The translations under genes and the position numbers were made by a program. DNA of 64,000 nucleotides from Hemiscyllium ocellatum (taxonomy: Eukaryota), in contig NC_083422.1 in assembly GCF_020745735.1 (NCBI RefSeq), positions 37,386,001 through 37,450,000 on the forward strand, written 5' to 3'. How positions within the stretch are numbered: the stretch's first letter is position 1; each line of letters starts with the position of its first letter. Under the pieces are notes generated by a model. That model made no database searches and was not told the DNA's origin. It was given only the letters and a program-made list of their open reading frames with translations. Shown piece by piece: positions 14,012-24,861 of the stretch.

Positions 14012-15867
14012 GGGGGGTTACTGCATAAAGATTGGAGGTTTATTTATCTATTCACAGAACTTATAGTAGGTAAGCTCCTTTTATGAGAGTGCAAAGACAA
14101 GTATACTATCAAATTTGGAAACCAGTCTCAATACTACACTTTTTTTTAAAAAAACCATTATTCCCATGGATGATCCACTTACCAATGTTTAGTTTATACT
14201 GAGAATTTCTTTAAAATAGCTTTTTACCACTACTATCTGGTCTGAAAAGAAAGATAATCCCAACTCATTGAATAACAAATAACTAATAGGAAATTAGCCC
14301 TCTTCTATGAGCAAGATTCACAAACTTTGGATGCATTAAAAAAAAACTTCAGATTCGAAGATCTATCTGGTTTTCAAAAGTGATTCTTTCAAAGTAAAGT
14401 TTAACTGTTTGAAATACTAAAAGGGGTCACAAGAGCAATACTTTCAATTTCAAATGCTTTATGTCAAAATATACATGCTTGGTGTTATAAGTTGCATAAT
14501 ATTTTCCTTCTTAAAATAACTGAGAAAAAGTATGTCTTCAGTTTAATTTGATACTGTACATTTTTGTATGTCATGATGTTCATAGTCATGCAACAATATT
14601 TGATGTCAAACAATGATGAAATACATTACTACGTTCAATTGATGTGAAGGTCTGTTAACTTTATAGAATCAAACTTAAGTCTATAGTACAGCAAAAGGTT
14701 CTTTAAATGACATTTATAATATACACTTTTAGAAATAATTTCAAAAGAACACTTAGCACTTCGTACTTCATGTGGGAAATCAGTCTCTGGTGCACTGATG
14801 GCTAGTGCTATATGTATTAACACTTCCCACAATTACTATAATCAAATATGAACAGAGCCCCCAAAGGCACACTCATAACTTACACTCTTATGTCTGTAGT
14901 TTAGTGCAGATCATTGGATACATTGTGGAGAACAGACAAGACATCTACACCTGGCCCCACACACCTGAAGTAACCATCATTCTGTGTTACAGTTGATCTG
15001 GATTGCTAAATGCTCAGAGTAGGTGTAAAAGACTCATATCTTCCATTCTATGCACTGGCTTATGAGCAATTTCACCAGATATGTATCTCATTAGCTTGCT
15101 CGTACTAGTTCTACATATACAATTCATTTTGATATTTCCTGAATATGATGTGAACTTTTTTTTCCTATTTTAATTTATGTATATTAAATCCATCAGTTCT
15201 CCTTTATTCATTGTTGTAGCGTTTTCAGAAAACTCCAATAAGCTTGTTAAACAATTTTCCATTCACAAATTCATCCTGATTGTGCCCAACCAAGTAATCA
15301 TCAACTAGTGTCTACTTATCTCATCGTTTAGAATAGATTCTAGCATTTTCTCCGATTACTGATGTCAGGCTAATAGGTGTGTCCTTGCCTGTTTTCCCTC
15401 TCAGTCCCTTAAATAGTGGGGTGACATTTGATATTTTTCAAATCCACAGGTATCTTTACAGAATGAACAGAAATTTGAAACATAACCTTCAATGCAATGA
15501 CAATCTCTATAGCCAGTTCCTTCAACACTCTGGGATGAATTGTTTCAAGCCAGGGCACTTATCAACTTTAAGACCCATTGTTTCTCTAGTACAATCTTCA
15601 TACTAATTCTAAATTCTTTCAACTCATTATCTTCAGTCACTGGGATCTCTACTTTGGATAGATTTCTGGTATTTTCTTATAAAAACAGACAAAAATAAAT
15701 CATTTAACTTCTCTCTCATGTTCCGATTCCCCATCATAAATTCTACTAACTTTACCTGTGAAGGATCCATATTTGTTTCAGTCAAATATCTACATCTTAA
15801 AAACTTTACTGAAGCTTTTACGGGTGGTTTTTCATGATTTTTGCTAGATTTTAGTCACCCAATGCGA

Positions 15868-16268
15868 GTATATTCCCTTATTGTCAATGTCTTTTAGCAG
15901 ATTGACTATAGCTCAACATGACAATAATTGAGTACGCATAGTGAGTATATTCTCTTATTATCAAACTACTTGGACAGATTGGTTAAAGCTCGATGTGACA
16001 ACATTTGAGTATACTAGGAGTATAATGTAAGTATAATCCATGCTTGTCAATGTCCTCTACCAGAATCACTTCAGCACATGGTGACAATTGAGTCTATTCC
16101 CTTACTGAAGAAGGGCTCATGTGCGAAACGTCGATTCTCCTGCTCCTTGGATGCTGCCTGACCTGCTGCGCTTTTCCAGCAGCATATTTTCAGCTCTATT
16201 CCCTTACTGTCAACGTCCTTCATCAGACCGACTACAGCTTGACATGACGATAATTGAGTCAATTCTCT
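15868..16268. repeat. Degenerate units of the same minisatellite
   Basis: tattcccttattgtcaatgtc at about 15871 and tattcccttactgtcaacgtccttcatcagaccgactacag at about 16197, with related units between. Confidence 0.8.
16108..16194 (+). mobile_element. 87-bp Penelope pLTR fragment inserted in a minisatellite unit, 15-bp TSD
   Basis: TSD tctattcccttactg at 16093-16107 and 16195-16209. Confidence 0.8.
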
Positions 16269-16666
16269 TCAGGACAAGCAGCTTTATGTTCCAGGATACA
16301 AATGCTACAGGAAGGATAGAAAGGGAGGCAAGAGAAGCGGGGGGGTGGGGGGGGGCATTTTTGATAAGGGATAGCATTACAGCTGTGTCGAGGGAGGATA
16401 TTCCTGGAAATACATCCAGGGAAGGTACTTGGGTGGAACTGAGAAATAAGAGAGAGATGATCACCTTATTGGGATTGTATTATAGAGCCCCTTACAGTCA
16501 GAGGGAAATTGAGAAACAAACTTATAAGGAGATCTCAGCTATCTGTAAGAATAATAGGGTAGTTATGGTAGGGGATTTTAACTTTCCAAACATAGCCTGG
16601 GACTGCCATAGCGTTAAAGGTTTAGATGGAGAGAAATTTGTTAAGTGCGTACAAGACAATTTTCTG

Positions 16667-17295
16667 TTGTCGTGGTTCTGTTCACCGAGCTGGTAATTTG
16701 TGTTGCATACGTTCCGTCCCCTGTCTAGGTGACATCCTCAGTGCTTGGGAGCCTCCTGTGAAGCGCTTCTGTGATCTTTCTTCCGGCATTTATAGTGGTT
16801 TGAATCTGCCGCTTCCGGTTGTCAGTTCCAGCTGTCCGTTGCAGTGGTCGGTCTATTAGGTCCAGGTCAATGTGCTTATTGATTGAATCTGTGAATGAGT
16901 GCCATGCGTCTAGGAATTCCCTGACTGTTCTCTGTCGTGACAAGCAACATGAATTCGACTGGGACAACAGGACTATTATAGGACAAGCCAAACAAAGAAC
17001 AGTCAGGAAATTCCTAGCGGCATGGCACTCATCCACAGATTCAATCAATAAGTACATCGACCTGGACCCAATATAACGGCCACTGCAGCAGACAGCTGGA
17101 ACTGACAACCTGAAGCGGCAGATTCAAACCACCACAAATGCCGGAGGAAAGATCACAGAAGCGCTTCACAGGAGGCTCCCAAGCACTGAGGATGTCACCT
17201 AGACGGGACGAAACGACTGCAACACAAATTCCCAGCTCGGCGAACAGAACCACAATAACGAGCACCCGAGCTACAAATCTTCTCCCAAACTTTGA
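16667..17295. mobile_element. Penelope-like fold-back element nested in CR1, 14-bp TSD
   Basis: HEFDWDN..IIGQA..R..RKFLAAWHS (GIY-YIG tail) in both orientations; TSD aagacaattttctg at 16653-16666 and 17296-17309. Confidence 0.88.
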
Positions 17296-18060
17296 AAGAC
17301 AATTTTCTGATTCAGTACACGGATGTATCTACTAGAGAAGGTGCAAAGCTTGACCTACTCTTGGGAAATAAGGCAGGGCAGGTGACTGAGGTGTCAGTGG
17401 GGGAGTACTTTGGGGCCAGCAACAATAATTCTATTAGTTTTAAAATAGTGATGGAAGTGGATAGACCAGATCTAAAAGTTGAAGTTCTAAATTGGAGAAA
17501 GGCCAATTTTGATGGTATTGGAAAATGGGAAGCCTTCAGAAATGAGATAACAAGAACCCAGAAAAAGTATATTCCTGTCAGGGTGAAAGGAAAGGCTGGT
17601 AAGTATAGGGAATGCTGGATGACTAAAGAAATTGAGGGTTTGGTTAAGAAGAAGAAGGAAGCATATGTCAGATACAGACAGGATAGATCGAGGGAATCCT
17701 TAGAAGAGTATAAAGAAAGTAGGAGTATACTTAAGAGGGAAATCAGGAGGGCAAAACGGGAACATGAGATAATTTTATTTACCAAAGCTAAGAAGAATCC
17801 AAAGGATTTTTACAAATACACTAAGGACAAAAGGGTAACTAAGGAGAGAATAGGGCCCCTCAAAGATCAGCAAGGCAGCCTTTGTGTGGAGCCACAGAAA
17901 ATGGGGAAATACTGAGTGAGTATTTTGTATCAGTATTTACTATGGAAAAGGATATGGAAGATATAGACTGTAGGGAAATTGATGGTGACATCTTGCAAAA
18001 TGTCCATATTACAGAGGAGGAAGTGCTGGATGTCCTGAAATGGGTGAAGGTGGATAAATC

Positions 18061-19839
18061 TTCGAGTAAAAAATGAGGTCTGCAGATGCTGGAGATCACA
18101 GCTGCAAATGTGTTGCTGGTCAAAGCACAGCAGGTTAGGCAGCATCTCAGGAATAGAGAATTCGACGTTTCGAGCATAAGCCCTTCATCAGGAATAAGAG
18201 AGAGAGAGCCAAGCCGGCTGAGATAAAAGGTAGGGAGGAGGGACTAGGGGGAGGGGCGATGGAGGTGGGATAGGTGGAAGGAGGTCAAGGTGAGGGTGAT
18301 AGGCCGGAGTGGGGTGGGGGCGGAGAGGTCAGGAAGAGGATTGCAGGTTAGGAGGGCGGTGCTGAGTTGAGGGAACCGACTGAGACAAGGTGGGGGGAGG
18401 GGAAATGAGGAAGCTGGAGAAATCTGAATTCATACCTTGTGGTTGGAGGGTTCCCAGGCGGAAGATGAGGCGCTCCTCCTCCAGCCGTCGTGTAGTTGTG
18501 TTCTGCCGGTGGAGGAGTCCAAGGACCTGCATGTCCTCGGTGGAGTGGGAGGGGGAGTTAAAGTGTTGAGCCACGGGGTGATTGGGTTGGTTGGTTCGGG
18601 CGGCCCAGAGGTGTTCTCTGAAGCGTTCCGCAAGTAAGCGGCCTGTCTCACCAATATAGAGGAGGCCACATCGGGTGCAGCGGATGCAATAGATGATGTG
18701 TGTGGAGGTACAGGTGAACTTGTGGCGGATATGGAAGGATCCCTTGGGGCCTTGGAGGGAAGTGAGTGTGGAGGTGTGGGCGCAAGTTTTACATTTCCTG
18801 CGGTTGCAGGGGAAGGTGCCGGGGGTGGAGGTTGGGTTGGTGGGGGGTGTGGATCTGACAAGGGAGTCACGAAGGGAGTGGTCCTTGCGGAACGCTGATA
18901 GGGGAGGGGAGGGAAATATATCCTTGGTGGTGGGGTCCGTTTGGAGGTGGCGGAAATGGCGGCGGATAATACGTTGTATGCGCAGGTTGGTGGGGTGGTA
19001 GGTGAGAACCAGTGGGGTTCTGTCTTGGTGGCGGTTGGAGGAGCGGGGCTCAAGGGCGGAGGAGCGGGAAGTGGAGGAGATGCGGTGGAGGGCATCGTCG
19101 ATCACGTCTGGGGGGAATCTGCGGTCCTTGAAGAAGGAGGCCATCTGGGTTGTGCGGTGTTGGAATTGGTCCTCCTGGGAGCAGATGCGGCGGAGACGAA
19201 GGAATTGGGAATATGGGATGGCGTTTTTACAGGGGGCAGGGTGGGAGGAGGTGTAGTCCAGGTAGCTGTGGGAGTCAGTCGGTTTATAATAGATGTCTGT
19301 GTTGAGTCGGTCGCCCGAGATAGAAATGGAAAGGTCTAGGAAGGGGAGGGAGGAGTCTGAGACAGTCCAGGTGAATTTCAGGTCGGGATGGAAGGTGTTA
19401 GTAAAGTTGATGAACTGTTCAACCTCCTCGTGGGAGCACGAGGCAGCGCCGATACAGTCATCGATGTAGCGGAGGAAAAGGTGGGGGGTGGTGCCAGTGT
19501 AGTTGCGGAAGATGGACTGTTCCACATATCCTACAAAGAGGCAGGCATAGCTGGGGCCCATGCGGGTGCCCATGGCAACTCCTTTAGTTTGGAGGAAGTG
19601 GGAGGATTGAAAAGAGAAGTTATTCAGGGTGAGGACCAGTTCAGTCAGTCGAAGGAGGGTGTCAGTGGAAGGGTACTGGTTAGTGCGGCGGGAAAGGAAG
19701 AAGCGGAGGGCTTTGAGTCCTTCGTGATGGGGGATGGAGGTGTACAGGGACTGGATGTCCATAGTGAAAATAAGGCGTTGGGGACCGGGGAAGCGAAAAT
19801 CCTGGAGGAGGTGGAGGGCGTGGGTGGTGTCCCGAACGT
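18061..19839 (-). mobile_element. Young 5'-truncated Penelope-like retroelement: uninterrupted 477-aa RT plus GIY-YIG ORF (18329-19762) and pLTR
   Basis: DIQSLYTSIP, GVAMGTRMGPSYA, RYIDD, FLD, IIYCIRC...LYIGETGR..AERFREH. Confidence 0.95.
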
Positions 19840-21275
19840 AGGTGGGTAATTCCCCAGGACTTGCTCAGGTGTACCCTAGAACTCTGTGGGAAGCGAGAGA
19901 AGTGATTGCTGGGCCTTTTCCTGAGATATTTGTATCATCGATAGTCACAGGTGAGGTGCCAGAAGACCAGAGGTTGGCAAACGTAGTGCCACTGTCTAAG
20001 AAAGGCGGTAAGGACAAGCCAGGGAACTATAGACCGGTGAGCCTGACCTCAGTGGAGGGAATTCTGAGGGACAGGATGTACATGTATTTGGAAAGGCAAG
20101 GACTGATTAGGGATAGTCAACATGGCTTTGTGCATGGGAAATCATGTCTCACAAACTTGATTGAGTTTTTTGAAGAAGTAACAAAGAGCATTGATGAGGG
20201 CAGAGCAGTAGATGTGATCTATATGGACTTCAGTAAGGTGTTTGACAAGGTTCCCATGGGAGACTGACTAGCAAGGTTAGATCTCATGGAATACAGGGAG
20301 AACTAGACATTTGGATACAGAACTGGCTCAAAGGTAGAAGACAGAGGGTGGTGGTGGAGGGTTGTTTTTTCCAAACTGGAGGCCTGTAACCAGTGGAGTG
20401 CCGCAAGGATTGGTGCAGGGTCCTCTACTTTTTGTCATTTACATAAATGATTTGGATGTGAGCATAAGAGGTACAGTTAGTAAGTCGGCAGATGACACCA
20501 ACATTGGAGATGTAGTGGACAGCGAAGAGGTTTTCCTCAGATTACAACAGGATCTTGACCAGATGGGCCAATGGGCTGAGAAGTGGCAGATGGAGTTTAA
20601 TTCAGATAAATGCGAGGTGCTGCATTTTGGGAAAGCAAATCTTAGCAGGACTTATACACTTAATGGTAAGGTCCTAGGGAGGGTTGCTGAACAAAGAAAC
20701 CTTGGACTGCAGGTTCATAGCTCCTTGAAAGTGGAGTCGCAGGTAGATAGGATACTGAAGGCAGCATTTGGTATGCTTTCCTTCATTGGTCAGAGTATTG
20801 AGTTAAGGAGTAGGGAGGTCATGTTGTGGCTGTACAGGGCATTGGTTAGACCACTGTTGGAATATTGAGTGCAATTCTGGTCTCCTTCCTATCAGAAAGA
20901 TGTTGTGAAACTTGAAAGGGTTCAGAAAAGATTTACAAGGATGTTGCCAAGGTTGGAGGATTTGAGCTATAGGGAGAGGCTCAACAGGCTGGGGCTGTTT
21001 TTCCTGGAGCATTGGAGGCTGAAGGGTAACCTAATAGAGGTTTACAAAATTATGAGGGGCAAGAATAGGGTAAATAGGCAAAGTCCTTTCCCTGGGGTCG
21101 GGGAGTCCAGAACTAGGGAGCATAGGTTTAGGGTGGGGGGGGGGGGGGGGGGGGGAGATATAAAAGAGAACTAAGGGGCAACTTTTTCCACACAGAGAGT
21201 GGCACACGTATGGAATGAGCTGTCAGAGGAAGTGGTGGAGGCTGGTACAACTGCAACATTTAAGAGGCATTTGGA

Positions 21276-21506
21276 GCACCACTGATCCAGAATCTGGTTT
21301 CCAGCATCTGCAGTCATTGTTTTACCTTATTGATTTTAACCCTACTGTGAATCGTCTTGCAAGGATGCCTGCCTTGAAGAAGTTTTCCTCCTCTCAGGCT
21401 CACTGCCTTTATTCCTGATGAAGGGCTTTTGCCCGAAACGTTGATTTCGCTGCACTTTGGGTGCTGCCTGAATTGCAGTGCTCTTTCAGCACCACTGATC
21501 CAGAAT
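21276..21506 (+). mobile_element. Permuted Penelope pLTR mini-element in the CR1 tail
   Basis: Terminal direct repeat gcaccactgatccagaat; hammerhead-like core at 21411-21446; same family as 58261-58825. Confidence 0.75.
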
Positions 21507-21689
21507 TTGAATAGGAAGGGTTTAGAGGGATATTGGCCGGGTGCTGGCAGGTGGGACTAAATTGGGTTGGGATATCTGGCCGGCATGGGCACGTTGGACC
21601 GAAGGGTCTGTTTCCATGCTGTACATCTCTATGACTCTATTTCCATGTCCCAAATCACTGTCTATAGTGTGCTATGATGATTATATGTG

Positions 21690-21825
21690 AGACAGACTAT
21701 AACTCAACATGACAATAAATCGAGTCATCTCCCTTACTTTCAATGTCTCCAACAGACTGGCTATAGGTCAACATGATAATAATTGAGTCTATGACCTTAC
21801 TGTAAATGTTCTCTATCAGCGTGAT
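21690..21825. repeat. Degenerate units of the same minisatellite
   Basis: cccttactttcaatgtctccaacagactggctatag and ccttactgtaaatgttctctatcag. Confidence 0.75.
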
Positions 21826-21837
21826 TGCATGGATTTG

Positions 21838-22968
21838 GAAATGCTGGTGTTAGACTGGGATGTACAAAGTTAAAAATCAGACAACACCAGGTTATAGTCC
21901 AACAGGTTTAATTGGAAGCACACTAGCTTTCGGAGCGACGCTCCTTCATCAGGTGATAGTGGAGGGCTCGATCGTAACACAGAATTTATAGCAAAAATTT
22001 GCAGTGTGATGTAACTGAAATTATACATTGAAAAATTGATTGTCTGTTAAGCCTTTCATCTGTTAGTTTCATTTCTTTCATGTGTAAATCACAAAACCTT
22101 TTTTTAAAAGTTGCATTCTCGGGTTAGCTGTTAACAATGGTGATAGCTAGACAATATGTTGAAGGTGTTAGCCCCGTGTGTTCTCTGTCTATGACCTGAT
22201 GTTTAGATTGTTATCTCACTTTTTAGATTAGAATCAGAGTTTTACATAAATTCATGCAGTTTTTGAGCTCAGAGTTCTACATGAATGTATGCACTTTTGA
22301 GCAAAGTGCAATGTAACTCTGCAAGTACAAATTCACCCCACAAAATATATGCGTGCATTTGAGTCTTTGTCTGTCTGTGTATGTGTCTCTGGAGTGGGAG
22401 TTGTGAGTGTAGTGAGTGCAGAGTGCACACCCCCCAACCCAGACACACACACACAGACAAAGACCCACATGCACACATATATTTTGTGGGGTGAATTTGT
22501 ACTTGCAGAGTTACATTGCACTTTGCTCAAAAGTGCATATATTCATGTAGAACTCTGAGCTCAAAAACTGCATGAATTTATGTAAAACTCTGTTATCTCA
22601 CTTTTTAGATTAGAATCAATCTAAACATCAGGTCATAGACAGAACACAGGGGGCTAACACCTTCAACATATTGTCTAGCTATCACCATTGTTAACAGCTA
22701 ACCTGAGAATGCAACTTTTAAAAAAAGTTTTTGTGATTTACACATGAAAGAAGTGAAACTATCACTGTATTCTAACAGATGAAAGGCTTAACAGACAATC
22801 AATTTTTCAATGTATAATTTCAGTTACATCACACTGTAAATTTTTGCTATAAATTCTGTGTTACAATCGAGCCCTCCACTATCACCTGATGAAGAAGTGT
22901 CGCTCCAAAAGCTAGTGTGATTCCAATTAAACCTGTTGGACTATAACCTGGTGTTGTGTGATTTTTAA
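21838..22968. mobile_element. About 1.1-kb palindromic non-autonomous element (Penelope-type pLTR family)
   Basis: Arms of about 500 bp inverted around ~22410; hammerhead-like cores at 21921-21955 (-) and ~22883-22917 (+). Short relatives at ~3300-3430 and ~57840-57990. Confidence 0.8.
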
Positions 22969-22969
22969 C

Positions 22970-23284
22970 AGTGTGATTGCAGTTTGACATACTGATAATT
23001 GAGTATCTGCCCTTATTATCAACATTCTGTATTAGAATTATTACAGTTCAACAAGATAATAATTGAGCACTTTCCCTGCCTATAAATGTCTACTATTGGA
23101 TTGACTACTTGTCAACATGGTAACTGACTTCAATCTCCTCTATCAGATGGACTACAACTCAACTTGACTATAACTCAATCTATTCCCTGACTGTCAATGC
23201 CCTTTATCAGACTAGCTAAAGCTTAATATGATGATAATTAAGCATATACCCTTGCTGTCAATAGCCCTCGATGAGACTGGCTAC
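22970..23284. repeat. Degenerate units of the same minisatellite
   Basis: About 5 diverged copies, e.g. tattccctgactgtcaatgccctttatcagactagct and cccttgctgtcaatagccctcgatgagactggct. Confidence 0.8.
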
Positions 23285-24858
23285 TGAACGTAGGTTTGCT
23301 CTCTGAGCTAGAATGTTCTTTTTCAGATGTTTCATCACCATACTAGGTAACATCTTCAATGAGCCTCTGAATGAAGCACTGGTGGCGTAACTTGCTCTCT
23401 ATTTACATGTTTGAGTTTCCTAGGGTTGGTGGTGTCATTTCCTGTGGTGACATAATTTCCTGTTCTTTTTCTCAGAGGGTGATAAACAGGATCCAAGTCA
23501 ATGTGTTTGCTGTTAGAGATTTCCTCTAATTAGTTTCATTTAGTGATGACAAAGGTGTCATCCAACTCGCGGATCCAAACTTTGGGTTGGATGGTTGGCA
23601 GAAGTGTTTGTTCAAGTCTCTGAATTACTGCCACTGCTAAGAACCCTGATATTGGAGATAGAGCTGAAAATGTGTTGCTGGAAAAGTGCAGCAGGTCAGG
23701 CAGCATCCAAGGAACAGGAGATTCGACGTTTCGGGCATAAGCCCTTCTTCAAGAAGAGCTTATGCCCGAAATGTTGAATCTCCTGTTCCTTGGATGCTGC
23801 CTGAATTGCTACGCTTTTCCAGCAACACATTTTCAGCTCTGATCTCCAGCATCTGCAGACCTCACTTTCTCCTCGATGATATTGGAGATACCATGGTTGT
23901 TCCATCAGTTTGTCTGAAGGATGAGAGGAAACCTTCAAGACCATCAAGAATACCCTTACTGGCATAAAATTCACTAAAAAGGAGGAGAAAAGCAACAATA
24001 AAAAAGAAACCACCATTCCTAAATGTTGCAGTAGAGCAAACAGCCAATGGGGAACTTCAAACCAGCATCTACAGGAAAATAACACATACAGACCAAATGT
24101 TACACCACAGAAGCAATCATCCCAACATCCACAAACAGAGCTGCATTAGAACTTTATTTCAATGAGCCAACACACACCGCAGCACAGAGGAACTACACAG
24201 ATCAGAGGAAAGTCAATTATACAGTGTATTCAAAAAGAACGCGTACCCTATGAACACAGTCCACTGATTTCTCAGCAACAAGCAGACAAAACATGTCCAG
24301 AAACCCTAGTCATTCTCCCCTACATCAAAGACATATCAGAAATGACTGCCAGACAACTGAGATCTCTTGACATCATGGGAGCCCACAAACCCACCAATAC
24401 TCTAAAACAGCAGCTAATGAACTTGAAAGACCCTAACACAAACAAGCAAAATTAATGACAAGTACAAAATACCTTGCAAGAAGTGTAACAAACAGTATAA
24501 TGGACAAACAGGTAGAAAACTAGCCAACAGGATATATGAACATCAAGCAACCACAAAACAACATGACCCACGCTCACTAGTATCCTTACACACAGATGAG
24601 GAAGGACACCAATTTGACTGAGACATCCATCTTAGGACAAGCCAAAGAGACATGCACGAAAATTGCATGGCATTCCAACCGAAACAAACACATCAACATT
24701 TACCACCCCGAGAAAAAGAACAGTAAATGAAATCACCATGGGAAATGCTGTCACCACAGGGAATGATTCAACCACCCTAGGAAAATCAAACATATAAATA
24801 GAAAGCAGGATACATGAACAGTGCTTCAGCAGGAGGCTCACTGAAAATGTTACCTACC
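23285..24858 (+). mobile_element. Decayed Penelope-like element with inverted 5' segment
   Basis: LPYIKDISE and YKIPCKKCNKQYNGQTGRKLANRIYEHQ (GIY-YIG); 23285-23640 is inverted pLTR/tail sequence. Confidence 0.85.
23661..23876. mobile_element. Penelope pLTR palindromic mini-element, 14-bp TSD
   Basis: TSD tgatattggagata at 23647-23660 and 23877-23890. Confidence 0.85.
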
Positions 24859-24861
24859 AGA

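Larger units (their letters stand above)
16270..21640 (+). mobile_element. CR1 LINE ORF2 (APE endonuclease plus RT) interrupted by three nested Penelope-derived insertions
   Basis: VMVGDFNFP and LDLLL (EN); GNYRPVSLTS, GKSCLTNL, YMDFSKVFDKV, SGVPQG and ADDT (RT); CR1 3' UTR ending in ctctatgactctat. Confidence 0.93.

Noticed and set aside
18430-19849. Pro/Gly-rich ORFs overlapping the Penelope ORF (18430-19095, 18941-19339, 19388-19849)
   Set aside because: Shadow frames of a C-rich retroelement coding strand.
21134-21156. Poly-G run as a functional G-quadruplex
   Set aside because: It replaces a purine tract inside the CR1 tail; likely slippage or a sequencing artefact.
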